Of a DNA stretch of 64,000 bases, positions 21,164 through 31,664 are shown piece after piece. The notes below the pieces were generated by a model. The model had not been told where the DNA came from. It saw nothing but the letters and a program-made list of their open reading frames with translations, and did no database searches. The stretch lies in the IMG/VR virus record IMGVR_UViG_3300036770_008729, positions 186,001-250,000 of that record; one strand, given 5' to 3'. The translations under genes and the position numbers were made by a program. Position 1 is the stretch's first letter, and each line of letters starts with the position of its first letter.

Positions 21164-23251
21164 TTATGGTTTTATTGTTATGTTTACGGTTACTGTCATT
21201 GATATACTCTGTTCGGATGAATCTACATAAACTTCTCCGTAGTAGGTATATGTTCCATCTCCGTTATCAGAAACTTCTGTTTCTGTCAGTGTCCAATCTG
21301 GCTTCATTCTTACCTGGAAGTCTAATCCACCATTTAAGTTTGTATATTGCATTAGCCAATCTGAACTTACTGATGTCTCATCTGACCAGTCGGTAGGATT
21401 ATTGGCGGTTCCCATATTTCTTATTTCTATCTTAGTGGCATCACTTACGGAAACTACTACTAGATCGTTTGTTGTAAGATTGCTACCGGAAATCATAAAA
21501 TCGTTATAATTATCTCCTGTTATTGGTGATTCAGTTACTGTTACGATTTCAGGTGTTTGGCTTAATTGTGGTAGACTGGAATTAAAGTCAAAATCTCCAT
21601 TTACGTCAATTACTGGTGGTTCAACATAATAGTCCCAAGTATAATTTGATCCATCATAATACAATGAATATTTATTACCGGTGATATATACATCTCTTTG
21701 ATCTGATATGAATGTGGTATTTTGGTTATCAGGTCCTAGTTCAAATGTGTTATCTGTATATAAAATTATATGTAAATTTTCATCAGAGTCTTTTTGTTTT
21801 TCATCTATAAAAACACCGATGCCTGATTTAGAATTGTAATTATAAGATACATCATTATATTCTGCCTCGACTTCTACTGATTCTGTGTTCTGAATATTTA
21901 ATACTCCGAAGTCAAAATATGTATAATCTTTTATAACAATCTTAGGATCTTGTAGTTGACCACTATATATTGCTTTTCCATCTACAGATATTTGCCAAGT
22001 GAAAGTATCACTTTTTGTAAATCCTACTTTACCATTTGATACACTTATAGTTGTTGTTTTGTCTACACTTCCTATAGATGTTCCCCACATATCTGTCAAT
22101 AAAACAGCTGCTTTTGGATCTGATTTAATATCACCTCTGTATATTTGTAGTAATTCATTTCCTAAAAATGGATAATCTGAATAGACATTCAATAGAAATG
22201 AATTATACGATTCAGTAGTCATTTTTTCCCAACTACCTGACTCATAAATTTTAATCTCCGTAGATTTTATAGTTGCGTTGACATAAATACCATTTTCATC
22301 TTTTTTTACTCCGTCAGTTGCAAAAATTTTTCTTAGTGGTAAGATATTACCATTTCCAAAAATCCATTTTCCATCAGAGTAGAATATGAAACTAACATAA
22401 ACAGAACTAAAGTAATCAAAGTCATTGAAAATACCTTCTTTGGTGTTATATTTCTTTCCTAGTCCCGCATAAGTAAAAGAAATTTCATTAGAACCTCCAC
22501 CGATAAGTTGAAATTTAAACTCAGCAGTTTTTCCTTCTTCATTTGTTATCTTTCCTAATAAGTATCCACCATTTTCTAAAGTATTGTCTTCAATTAAATC
22601 AGTTAAAGAAAAAGAAGCCGTAGCTGATACCGGTTCTTTAGATTTATCAATTTTGAAATCATATTCTGGAATCTCCAATTGAGTTATTTTGTCTTTAGAT
22701 GACCAAAATATTTCAAGGTCTCCACCTACCGTTGCATTAGCAACTAATCTATCAAATGTTGGAGTAACACCATATCTGTTTAATATGGTTTGCATAAAAC
22801 TAATATCAATCATTATATTATTTGATGATAAAGATTTGCCAAAAATATAAGGTGTTACTGATGTTGTTAAGTATCCATCTGAGGTAATATAATATATTGT
22901 TCTTGGTGTAAAATCAAAGGATGGTAGACTAATTATACCTTTTGTTATTACTGATACTGACTCACCATCATTTGCGTCTGATAGGAAAACACCTATTATA
23001 TTATCTGCTTTATTATCATCATCTTTGATATTACCAGGAACGCTTACTGTCCCATCTTCATTTAGATATACAAGTTCTCCCTCATAAACCTCACCATTTG
23101 CTGTAAATTTCTCACCGGTAGCAGAAACCGGTTTTGAGGCACCTTTATCATCATCTGTTTTTAATTGACCATCTTTGGTTGAGATTGATATAAACCCAGA
23201 TGGTGCTCTTTTTGAGCTTCCTCCTTCTCTCAGTAGTAATCTTCTTGGCAT
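21164..23251 (-). CDS. Putative virion decoration or fibre protein
   Basis: Shared N-module MPRRLLL..APSGFIS; GELVYL..DG...IGVFL..ANDGESVSVITKG domain. Confidence 0.6.
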   Translation of the reverse strand: MPRRLLLREGGSSKRAPSGFISISTKDGQLKTDDDKGASKPVSATGEKFTANGEVYEGELVYLNEDGTVSVPGNIKDDDNKADNIIGVFLSDANDGESVSVITKGIISLPSFDFTPRTIYYITSDGYLTTSVTPYIFGKSLSSNNIMIDISFMQTILNRYGVTPTFDRLVANATVGGDLEIFWSSKDKITQLEIPEYDFKIDKSKEPVSATASFSLTDLIEDNTLENGGYLLGKITNEEGKTAEFKFQLIGGGSNEISFTYAGLGKKYNTKEGIFNDFDYFSSVYVSFIFYSDGKWIFGNGNILPLRKIFATDGVKKDENGIYVNATIKSTEIKIYESGSWEKMTTESYNSFLLNVYSDYPFLGNELLQIYRGDIKSDPKAAVLLTDMWGTSIGSVDKTTTISVSNGKVGFTKSDTFTWQISVDGKAIYSGQLQDPKIVIKDYTYFDFGVLNIQNTESVEVEAEYNDVSYNYNSKSGIGVFIDEKQKDSDENLHIILYTDNTFELGPDNQNTTFISDQRDVYITGNKYSLYYDGSNYTWDYYVEPPVIDVNGDFDFNSSLPQLSQTPEIVTVTESPITGDNYNDFMISGSNLTTNDLVVVSVSDATKIEIRNMGTANNPTDWSDETSVSSDWLMQYTNLNGGLDFQVRMKPDWTLTETEVSDNGDGTYTYYGEVYVDSSEQSISMTVTVNITIKP

Positions 23252-23298
23252 GTTTTATTTATTGATTTTGTTTTATATATTAAAATCAATAAATAAAA

Positions 23299-24294
23299 TT
23301 AATCACCAAATAAGTTACTTAATAAAGTATCTCTGTGTAAACTCATATCTTCAAAGTTTATGTATTTAACATAGTTACTATGTCCTAAATCATTTTTGAT
23401 ATAAATCAAAACACTTCCACTACTAACATACGAACCTTGAACATTATAAACTAAATCTTTAGTATAGATTTTTTTATTTGATGAATCATAAACATCTGAA
23501 AGACATCTTACATTTGTTCCATTTGGAACAATCATTCCTCTTTTAAGTCTCTCTGTAATTGTATTTGTTACGTAATCGAGATTTAATTTTCTTGGATCTA
23601 TTTTTAGATTTTCAAGAATATCAACAAAGCTTGAAATTAACTTATTAGTAACTTCAATTTCTCTATGTGGAATATTATCTAAACTTAGTCTTACACCAGT
23701 AAACCACTTAGCATCATTACTATATTTATCTTGAAACTCAAATGCAGAAATATCAATATATCCAATTTTAGTTAGACCAAATACTTCAACTTCATTTTGA
23801 ATAACAAAATTCATAATTGATAAAAATGATGATGTCAAAGATTCAACACATTCTTCACTTCTCCTACCTGAACCAATTCTACCTCTTCTAGTAAGTTTAG
23901 GCTTTCTTACCCATCTACCATTCAATAAACGATCATAGGTTTCAGCATCAGCTAGAATTTCAATAAATTGCTTTTGAGTTCTATTTTGAATATACTTTTT
24001 TAATCTTTCATTTTTAGTTTTTTCAATTAGTATTGGTTTCAATTTACGCCAACTCATATCATCGTAAATTAATTTCTCTCCATACTTTTCAACTCTTTTC
24101 AATAAGTCAAAGAAATCAGCAAATGGACCAAGACTAAGACTTCGCATTGCGGATTGTGATATCTCACCATTCTCATATTGAGTGATTGATGGAATACTTT
24201 TCTTAGCCTCATTGTAAATCTCAATATTCTTTTTAATACAGTCGTAGGTAAATTTCATAGTAACAAAATTAAAAAAAAATTCTAATATATACAA
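23299..24294 (-). CDS. Hypothetical protein with tag (HRDTLLSNLF); start probably MKFTYD
   Basis: ORF track. Confidence 0.75.
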   Translation of the reverse strand: MYILEFFFNFVTMKFTYDCIKKNIEIYNEAKKSIPSITQYENGEISQSAMRSLSLGPFADFFDLLKRVEKYGEKLIYDDMSWRKLKPILIEKTKNERLKKYIQNRTQKQFIEILADAETYDRLLNGRWVRKPKLTRRGRIGSGRRSEECVESLTSSFLSIMNFVIQNEVEVFGLTKIGYIDISAFEFQDKYSNDAKWFTGVRLSLDNIPHREIEVTNKLISSFVDILENLKIDPRKLNLDYVTNTITERLKRGMIVPNGTNVRCLSDVYDSSNKKIYTKDLVYNVQGSYVSSGSVLIYIKNDLGHSNYVKYINFEDMSLHRDTLLSNLFGD

Positions 24295-24296
24295 GT

Positions 24297-24719
24297 ATGA
24301 AAAAGTTTATTTTTTTACTGTTTTTTACATTTTTGACCTTATTTAGTAAGGCTCAAACAGATTTTAGCTTCTCACCGATGAACTATGGTCAGTTTCTTTT
24401 TAGTAATCAAGCTTATTGTGGCAAAGGAAGTCTTTATTGTATTGTAACAAAAAGTCCATCTGTTAACGGATATGGATATTACTGTTATCAAATTTATTTT
24501 GCAACTAATTCATATTTTGCGAATTGTAATTCAGCAAGAACTTATGTTCCCAATATAGAAGTGATGTATTTAGAAGGAAAATACTGGTATTATCCTCTGA
24601 ACTTTCAGAAGTTTTGGGTAACATGTGGACCAACAACACTGGTTTATACTCTTTTTCATTCAAATCCAAATCTTTTTATAAGAATTAAAACAGGTCCAGT
24701 CGAACCAACAATTTATTAA
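24297..24719 (+). CDS. Secreted hypothetical protein
   Basis: MKKFIFLLFF...KAQ signal peptide. Confidence 0.7.
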   Translation: MKKFIFLLFFTFLTLFSKAQTDFSFSPMNYGQFLFSNQAYCGKGSLYCIVTKSPSVNGYGYYCYQIYFATNSYFANCNSARTYVPNIEVMYLEGKYWYYPLNFQKFWVTCGPTTLVYTLFHSNPNLFIRIKTGPVEPTIY

Positions 24720-24721
24720 TT

Positions 24722-25117
24722 ATGCCACAGCAAGATCCAAAAGACAATGAAATAGTAATAGGTAACGGTCAAAATCAAAAAGTTTTTGGCCCGAACACTG
24801 TTATACAAGTTAATCTTAAAACTTTATTAATAGTTTTAGGTTTGTTACTAAGTGGACTTACTACAGCATGGGTAAACATAACTAACAAAATCGAAAAATC
24901 TAATGAAAAAACTCAACAACAGATTGAAAAAATATCTGATAAACTAGAGACAATAAGAGACCAAGATTTGAAACAACTTAGAAGTGATGTTGATAGAATG
25001 ATTGGAACATCAAACAATGTTATACAAAGAAGTCAACAGGAATTCAGAGAATCAGGAAATGTTTCAGACCATCCAACCACACAAGTCAAAAATAATAAAC
25101 CTGAACTTCCTAGATAA
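24722..25117 (+). CDS. Single-TM coiled-coil protein
   Basis: TM followed by heptads. Confidence 0.65.
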   Translation: MPQQDPKDNEIVIGNGQNQKVFGPNTVIQVNLKTLLIVLGLLLSGLTTAWVNITNKIEKSNEKTQQQIEKISDKLETIRDQDLKQLRSDVDRMIGTSNNVIQRSQQEFRESGNVSDHPTTQVKNNKPELPR

Positions 25118-25382
25118 TTTCTTCTGCCAGTGAAGAATAGAGTGGTGTTCTTTTAAGAATCTCTCGAATAATTTCCTTATCCATTTTAGTTATAGCAATT
25201 TGAAAAATTTGCTCATCGATATTCTTCGTAAGAATCTTACCATTACAAATTTCTCTAACATCTAAGGATGATAATGGAAATTCTACTTTAGATGTATCGG
25301 TCATATAAACTATACGACCCATTTTAACTACTTGAGAGAACTGAGCTTCAGTAAGCAAAATTCTTATTTCTTTATTTTCCAT
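25110..25382 (-). CDS. Hypothetical protein
   Basis: ORF track. Confidence 0.65.
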   Translation of the reverse strand: MENKEIRILLTEAQFSQVVKMGRIVYMTDTSKVEFPLSSLDVREICNGKILTKNIDEQIFQIAITKMDKEIIREILKRTPLYSSLAEEII

Positions 25383-25581
25383 CCGTTTTAATTAAATTTT
25401 GTCCTTTACAGGTATTTCTACTATCTATTTTATTTTTATATCCCCATACATCAGAAGTTACCATATGACAAGCGTGTTTTTCAACACCGATGGTTTTCAT
25501 TTTATCAACATAACTTCTAAAGTTTACAGAATGTCTATTGTTATTAATCCAAGGACATTCTCTACAGGGTATTTTACACAT
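25372..25581 (-). CDS. Small Cys/His-rich protein
   Basis: PCRECPW...HACH...TC. Confidence 0.65.
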   Translation of the reverse strand: MCKIPCRECPWINNNRHSVNFRSYVDKMKTIGVEKHACHMVTSDVWGYKNKIDSRNTCKGQNLIKTDGK

Positions 25582-25586
25582 AAGAA

Positions 25587-26117
25587 TTATAATAAGTAGT
25601 AAGTAAATCCTTTACTTGAAGTATCACCATAATCTTTATAATCGATACTTTCGCCATTATATTTAATGTCAGTTATTAATTCAGACATACCATCTAACAA
25701 TTCAACAATTTTAATTGATAATAAATCGGAATTGAATTCTTCTTCTAAATCTAATTGATAATTCCAGAAAAGACCTTTTTGGTAATCTTCTATTAATAAA
25801 TAATTACCATCATTATATTCATAAGACACTTCAACTTCTGGAAAATCGTAATCTTCTGGTGATTTCCAAATAACTTCACCTGACTCATCAAATACTTCAA
25901 TGTAAAGATGTTCTCCGTGATTTTTACCATTATAAAGACCCATAATCTGATCATTGCTAGAAAAATAATCCTCAACTCCTAAGATACCACAGATTTCATC
26001 GTATTCCATACTGCCGGATTCAACATCAGCATCTGAAAACTTCTCTCTTTGTTCTTCTGTTAATCGGAAAATGAAACTATCTCCTCCTCTTCCTGAAACT
26101 TCAATTTTATACTTCAT
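25587..26117 (-). CDS. Acidic hypothetical protein
   Basis: ORF track. Confidence 0.75.
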   Translation of the reverse strand: MKYKIEVSGRGGDSFIFRLTEEQREKFSDADVESGSMEYDEICGILGVEDYFSSNDQIMGLYNGKNHGEHLYIEVFDESGEVIWKSPEDYDFPEVEVSYEYNDGNYLLIEDYQKGLFWNYQLDLEEEFNSDLLSIKIVELLDGMSELITDIKYNGESIDYKDYGDTSSKGFTYYLL

Positions 26118-26275
26118 ATAACATTATATGGATAAAGATTTCGGTGGTTTAAGTATAAAAATGAAAAAAAATCTACTTTTTTTTCTGTTTTTACAAAACT
26201 TTTTAAAACTTAAGCCCTGCTTGTCTGTATAACATTCATACGGGTTTCCCGTAACAAAAAAATAAAAATTCGGAA

Positions 26276-26548
26276 ATGAATAAAGCAGATTTAGTAAATG
26301 AAATCGCTAAAGAAACCGGACTTACTAAAACTAAGTCAAGCGAAGTTGTTGATACAATTGTTGAAACAATCTCTAACTCCCTTAAAAAAGGTGAGAAAGT
26401 AACGCTTGTAGGTTTTGGAACTTTTACAACTTCTAAGAGAAGTGCTCGTAAAGGTCGTAATCCTAAAACCGGTGCAGAAATTAACATTCCTGGTAAAACA
26501 GTTGCTCGCTTCAAAGCTGGCTCTGAACTTACTAAGACAGTTAACTAA
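26276..26548 (+). CDS. hup: HU family DNA-binding protein
   Basis: MNKADLV...VTLVGFGTF...RKGRNPKTG...FKAG. Confidence 0.95.
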   Translation: MNKADLVNEIAKETGLTKTKSSEVVDTIVETISNSLKKGEKVTLVGFGTFTTSKRSARKGRNPKTGAEINIPGKTVARFKAGSELTKTVN

Positions 26549-26563
26549 TTATCTTAGCAGATT

Positions 26564-26593
26564 AAAAAATCCTCACTTTTGTGGGGATTTTTT
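26564..26593 (+). terminator. Intrinsic terminator after hup
   Basis: aaaaatcctcac-tttt-gtggggattttt. Confidence 0.75.
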
Positions 26594-26916
26594 ATTTCAA
26601 ATATATTTTAAATAATATATATTTTATGACAATTAAAGATAGAATAATAAGGATATTAGAAGAACAGAGTATGACTTATCAACAATTGATTGATGAACTA
26701 AATTCAAATGATTTTAATCAAAAATTAACAGAAAAGGATTTAGACACCGCTATCGAAAAATTGAATAATACCATACTTGAAAAAGTATCTAAATGTCTTA
26801 GAATTCCACTTTATAGTTTTCATAAAAACCCAGATGAAACAGAATCTCTTATTGAGAAAAAATTCTACGATCAAAATATCTGGAAATACGATGAAAACAA
26901 AAACAAAAAAGAATAA
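26581..26916 (+). CDS. Possible HTH DNA-binding protein (start probably MTIKDRI)
   Basis: RIIRILEEQSMTYQQL...TILEKVSKCLRIP resembles an XRE-type HTH. Confidence 0.45.
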   Translation: MGIFYFKYILNNIYFMTIKDRIIRILEEQSMTYQQLIDELNSNDFNQKLTEKDLDTAIEKLNNTILEKVSKCLRIPLYSFHKNPDETESLIEKKFYDQNIWKYDENKNKKE

Positions 26917-27120
26917 CTATTTGTTATAATTGTCTAAAAAGTTCTTTTCGTGTTGTGATAAAGATTCAATACCACTTTGATTAATCTTTTCTAAAATCTT
27001 ATTTAACTTGTTTTCTCTGAATGATCTTCTGTCATTAAACTCATCATCAGTCAAAGGCCTCTGGTGTTTGACTTCAATTTCTTTCTTACCAAACCTTCTA
27101 AGCCAATCTAAAAATTTCAT
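26917..27120 (-). CDS. Small protein with DUF6576-like C-terminus
   Basis: [28 protein letters not shown]. Confidence 0.6.
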   Translation of the reverse strand: MKFLDWLRRFGKKEIEVKHQRPLTDDEFNDRRSFRENKLNKILEKINQSGIESLSQHEKNFLDNYNK

Positions 27121-28037
27121 AACTCTTTGTTTTTCTTAGCAAACTCAGCAGCTGCCTCTCTTACCCAAGCACCATCCTCGTGAGCTTTTACTCTCATTTT
27201 AAGTCTATCTCTATTCATTGGACCATTTCCACTTACTACCTTATCAAATTCATCCCAATCTGGTTCAGTGAAATTCCAATTTCCAGTTGATTCATCAAAC
27301 TTTAAGTTTTCATCTGGTATAGTTAATCCTAAATAATCAGCCTGTGGTTTAGTTTGATTTACAAACTTTTGTCTTAACTGATCATTCGTTTCTCTTTTGA
27401 TTCTCCACTTAATCGCGTTCTCTGAATTATGAGACCTACTATCCGGTGGTCCAAACATCATTAAAGTTGGATACCACCATCTGTTTAAGGCATCTTGTGC
27501 CATTTCTTTTTGTTCAGATGACCCGAATGATAACTTGGTCATAATTTCATAACCCTGCCTTTGATGAAAACTTTCTTCTTTACATATCCTAACCATTGCT
27601 CTAGCATAAGGACCATAAGAAGCTCTCTGTAACATTACTTGATTCATTATAGCAGCACCATCAACTAACCAACCGATAGCTCCCATATCAGCCCAAGTCA
27701 AAGTAGGATAGTTAAATATAGAAGAATATTTTGCTTTTCCACAATGTAAAGCATCTAATAATTCCTCTCTTGAAACTCCTAATGTTTCTGCAGCTGTATA
27801 GAGGTAAAGACCGTGACCACCTTCGTCTTGAACTTTTGCTAAGAGTATTAGTTTGGCTCTAAGTGAAGGAGCTCTTGTAATCCAATTTGCTTCAGGTAAT
27901 TGACCAATAATTTCAGAGTGAGCGTGTTGAGAAATCTGACGAATAAGATGCTTTCTGTAATCCTCCGGCATCCAGTCTTTAGGTTCGATGTATTGATTTT
28001 GTTCTAATTTAGAATCAAATTTTGGTTGATGTTCCAT
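27117..28037 (-). CDS. paaA: 1,2-phenylacetyl-CoA epoxidase catalytic subunit A (di-iron, ferritin-like)
   Basis: [44 protein letters not shown]. Confidence 0.92.
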   Translation of the reverse strand: MEHQPKFDSKLEQNQYIEPKDWMPEDYRKHLIRQISQHAHSEIIGQLPEANWITRAPSLRAKLILLAKVQDEGGHGLYLYTAAETLGVSREELLDALHCGKAKYSSIFNYPTLTWADMGAIGWLVDGAAIMNQVMLQRASYGPYARAMVRICKEESFHQRQGYEIMTKLSFGSSEQKEMAQDALNRWWYPTLMMFGPPDSRSHNSENAIKWRIKRETNDQLRQKFVNQTKPQADYLGLTIPDENLKFDESTGNWNFTEPDWDEFDKVVSGNGPMNRDRLKMRVKAHEDGAWVREAAAEFAKKNKEL

Positions 28038-28224
28038 TATCAGTATCTATTTTTTTATTATACTCCCATGGACAATGTCTGCAATAATTCTTACAACATC
28101 TAACTCTAATCATTTGTAAATACTCTTTTGTCCAAACTCTAAGTTTAACACCATCAACTTCTTCCCAATAGAAATCAACACCTTCAATAAGGTCTTCTAT
28201 GTGAAATCGTTTGTTTTCGCACAT
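28015..28224 (-). CDS. DUF5522-like Cys-rich protein
   Basis: EYL...[12 protein letters not shown]. Confidence 0.6.
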   Translation of the reverse strand: MCENKRFHIEDLIEGVDFYWEEVDGVKLRVWTKEYLQMIRVRCCKNYCRHCPWEYNKKIDTDNGTSTKI

Positions 28225-28227
28225 AAA

Positions 28228-28908
28228 TTATTTACTTTTTCTAAAAGATTCGAAGTTTTTAACCCATTTTTTAGATTCTGTTGTAGACATTGATTTAACT
28301 ATACCTTCAAGCTCTAACAAAGTCTTTTTATAATCAGTGTGTAAGATTGCAGTTCCACCAGCCGATGTAAACTTCTCAACATATTTAGGTCTATCATCAA
28401 TTAATATGTCTGTTTTACCTTCAGCAGCTTTACCTTTATCAACTGTTATAATTACTTGGTCAACCATTCCTTCAAAATGTTCTTTTACCCAATCTTTCTT
28501 TTCAATAACAGATGGATTATTCAAATCATTTTCATCACCAACAGGCGCTGATAATATATTAGGTAATTTGCCAGTCAATTCCGCAGCCTTAGCAACCATT
28601 TCTTTTGCACCAGGCATTAGTGGTAAGTTTCTATAGAAACCAGGTTTTGCAGCTATACTAAAGACTTTAGAAGTATATTTATTGAAAGACTTTTTAAGCT
28701 CTTTAACTGGACTATTTGGATCTTTTTCTAATTCTGCCTTGAATTTAGTTTTGATATCATCATCAACTAATCCTTTGTAGTCTTGAAACTTGGTTTCAAT
28801 TAGATTGTCTAAATCGGCTCTTAGTTGTATTATCTCTGGATTTTTTTTAAGACCACCATCCATATCGGCTAAAACGCCATCTAAGTCAAAAAATATTCTT
28901 GTTTCCAT
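28228..28908 (-). CDS. HAD-family 5'(3')-nucleotidase (NT5C-like)
   Basis: FFDLDGVLAD and ILIDDRPKY motifs. Confidence 0.85.
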   Translation of the reverse strand: METRIFFDLDGVLADMDGGLKKNPEIIQLRADLDNLIETKFQDYKGLVDDDIKTKFKAELEKDPNSPVKELKKSFNKYTSKVFSIAAKPGFYRNLPLMPGAKEMVAKAAELTGKLPNILSAPVGDENDLNNPSVIEKKDWVKEHFEGMVDQVIITVDKGKAAEGKTDILIDDRPKYVEKFTSAGGTAILHTDYKKTLLELEGIVKSMSTTESKKWVKNFESFRKSK

Positions 28909-29408
28909 TATTTAAAATCTTCTTTTTTAATATCACCAATTGAGCCAAATGAATCAGCAAATCCAGGTGTTTTTTTATTCTCCACATTATTTGCAATAGT
29001 TATATGAAAATATCTTTCTGACTCAGGATTAGTTAAACCAAGTTGTTCATAGATTGAATCTACAAAAGATTTTATCTCTTCTTGATTTTGAACCGCAACT
29101 ACAAAACTTTTCTTTCCTTTTTCTGGTCTTTCCGCAAAGGTTGTTTGGCCTAATACAATTTTAGGCATTTCCATTTTTGGAAGTCCTTCTTTAAGTTTAT
29201 CTTTATTTTGTTTACAGTTAGCTATAGAAGTTAAGGTTATATGCAACTTATCTTCAGCTAAAGGAAAATAAGACTTAGCTTCTTCATTTCCCTCATAAAT
29301 ATTTTTAATTTCGGATTTAGTTGTGTTATCTAACTTTAGAAGAAGAGCCGCCTCAAAAACTATACAATTATCACCTGTAAAATCTTCATATAATTTTAAA
29401 TATTTCAT
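28908..29408 (-). CDS. 2H phosphoesterase with CTS-like N-terminus
   Basis: Two HxT motifs (LHITL, FHITI); MKYLKLYEDF. Confidence 0.75.
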   Translation of the reverse strand: MKYLKLYEDFTGDNCIVFEAALLLKLDNTTKSEIKNIYEGNEEAKSYFPLAEDKLHITLTSIANCKQNKDKLKEGLPKMEMPKIVLGQTTFAERPEKGKKSFVVAVQNQEEIKSFVDSIYEQLGLTNPESERYFHITIANNVENKKTPGFADSFGSIGDIKKEDFK

Positions 29409-29443
29409 AATATAAATTGTTTTTTGTATATATTAAAAAAACA

Positions 29444-30046
29444 CTACAATTTTATAAAATCTAATTCTTTAAGTGAAAACGTAATAAACATTATAGAAAA
29501 CAATATTCCAATCAAATTAAAAGAAACTAAATAAAAGACTAAAAGCAAAACACTAAATAAAAGAGAAATCCATGCACTTATTGTAATTGATTTTTGTCTA
29601 TCTCCTGTTTTTAATACTAAAATACTTCTCAATATACGACCACCATCTAAAGGAAAGATTGGAATTAAATTGAATATAAAAAGAAATAGATTGACTAAAT
29701 ACATGCTGTAAAAAAACTGACAAGGAAAAAATGCGTAGGCAAATAGTGATAGTGATATTAAGACTAAATTGACCCAAGGTCCAGCACCAACTATTAGTAT
29801 CATATCTCTTTCTCTGATAGAATCTATATTCATATTGGCTTGACCAGCGAATAATCCAACTTCTATACCAGTGACACTATATCCTTTTTTTTGAGCCACC
29901 CAAGCGTGACCAATTTCATGGAGTAGAATTGAAATAAAGATTGAGACTACAAAGACTGGTGATAGCCAAAAGAAAAGCAGTAAAAACCATAAGCTAAGAT
30001 TAACAGGAACACCCCTGAAGTTGAAAATTTTGATTTGTGTTTTCAT
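29444..30046 (-). CDS. Site-2 protease, M50 family
   Basis: HEIGH, GAGPWVN, FNLIPIFPLDGG. Confidence 0.9.
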   Translation of the reverse strand: MKTQIKIFNFRGVPVNLSLWFLLLFFWLSPVFVVSIFISILLHEIGHAWVAQKKGYSVTGIEVGLFAGQANMNIDSIRERDMILIVGAGPWVNLVLISLSLFAYAFFPCQFFYSMYLVNLFLFIFNLIPIFPLDGGRILRSILVLKTGDRQKSITISAWISLLFSVLLLVFYLVSFNLIGILFSIMFITFSLKELDFIKL

Positions 30047-30106
30047 TTAATATATTTTTTATAAAGATAAAAAAACCCTATGAATTATCAAAGGGTCTTT
30101 TTTTTA

Positions 30107-31576
30107 TTATTTTATTATTGATACTTTATCTATTGTTAAATCCCCAGTATGTTTACCGTTATCTTTGTAAATGGTAATGTTATATTCAGCAGACGCTGGA
30201 ACCTCATACTCAAAAGTAAACTCTGGTCTTCCATTTTTATTTAACTTCCTACAACATCCCTTCTCACAAGACTTACCAGACATTTTATGGTCTGCTCCAA
30301 AGAAGTTCATAAATCCAGCGAATGTGGAATTTGTAGGGTTACAAACACCATTCTCGTTTACATAAACCTCATAAACACCTTTTGGAACTTTTGTAAAACT
30401 AACAACAACTTCTAACTTTACCTTTTTGGTTGAAGTTAGGTTGATTTGAGTTAAGCCAAGAACTTTGATACCGGTGGTTATCTTACCACTTACTTTAGTT
30501 CCAGGTGTTGATTGTGCAAATAACTTCGGTTCTACCTCATCCATCAATCTAACTTCTTTTATTTTAACAGGAGTGTCATCAAAATCATAATCCATAGTGT
30601 AGATAATATCCAATGCCTCTTCTAAAGAATAAACTACTTTCTCACCATTCTCATTGAAGAAAACATAAGGCCACTCTACTTCTTCTAACTGTTCTATTGT
30701 AACAGGTTGACCATTATTAGAATTGTGCCATTGTTGCCAAATACGGTCTATATTAGAATGATGTGTCCAAAAGATAGGATCGAAAGCAGCAGTTGGAACC
30801 CAACCCATAAGTCCAGTATTTGTGGTAGTTCCAGTAATTGAATTATTAAACTGTAAAGTTCCTGTTGTATCATTACCAGCACCAATGTAATCATGCATTG
30901 CACCGTGAGGAGCATTATTTATGTTAAGACAAAACATTTTATAATCAGTATAACTCATTATTTTTGTTAAGTCTAAAGATCTACTAATTTCACCAGATAC
31001 CGGCCATCCATCATTCAAACTATCATATCTAGCTTCTTCAAAAAGTGAAGAGTGTTTATCTCTAAATAAATCTGGAATACATCTATCTCTATCATTATTA
31101 TTTGTATAAGCCCAATAAGGAAGTGCAAAATCATTATATCCTGATAATTTTCTAACTATTTTTTCAAAGTGCCAGATATAAAGACGGTGCCAAACTAAAA
31201 AGTGTAATTTTTCTTTACCTGATGGAGTGTGAGTACAATTATCCCAACCATCCATTTTATCACCTACATTGTGATAAGCACCACACCATCGATTGTTTTT
31301 AATTGTATCAGGAACCCAGTGAATGGCACCTTGATAATACCAACTCAGGGGATCTTTACAATCTTTTTTTCTCATAATATCTAAAGCTTTGTTTAAGGCT
31401 AAAAGGTCGTTAATGGCTTCAGGTGAATTTGCATTTTTTCTTGTAAATCTTTGTTGTTCTGTTTGTTTCTCGTTATTACTACAAGAAAAAAGAAACATAC
31501 TAAAAACGATTAAGAAAAAGATAATAAGACCAATAAATAACTTTTTAAGGTCTTTGTAAGTAGTGAATCGATTCAT
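30107..31576 (-). CDS. Tyrosinase / polyphenol oxidase (type-3 copper), predicted lipoprotein
   Basis: IHW, CTH, FLVWHR, PHGAMH, DPIFWTHHSNIDRIW; LFSC lipobox-like. Confidence 0.9.
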   Translation of the reverse strand: MNRFTTYKDLKKLFIGLIIFFLIVFSMFLFSCSNNEKQTEQQRFTRKNANSPEAINDLLALNKALDIMRKKDCKDPLSWYYQGAIHWVPDTIKNNRWCGAYHNVGDKMDGWDNCTHTPSGKEKLHFLVWHRLYIWHFEKIVRKLSGYNDFALPYWAYTNNNDRDRCIPDLFRDKHSSLFEEARYDSLNDGWPVSGEISRSLDLTKIMSYTDYKMFCLNINNAPHGAMHDYIGAGNDTTGTLQFNNSITGTTTNTGLMGWVPTAAFDPIFWTHHSNIDRIWQQWHNSNNGQPVTIEQLEEVEWPYVFFNENGEKVVYSLEEALDIIYTMDYDFDDTPVKIKEVRLMDEVEPKLFAQSTPGTKVSGKITTGIKVLGLTQINLTSTKKVKLEVVVSFTKVPKGVYEVYVNENGVCNPTNSTFAGFMNFFGADHKMSGKSCEKGCCRKLNKNGRPEFTFEYEVPASAEYNITIYKDNGKHTGDLTIDKVSIIK

Positions 31577-31664
31577 TAATTTATTTTTTATTTTTTATAT
31601 AAAAATAAAAACTTTTGTTTTCAAGATAGAAAATTGGCAAAATAGATTTAATATATAATGAACT

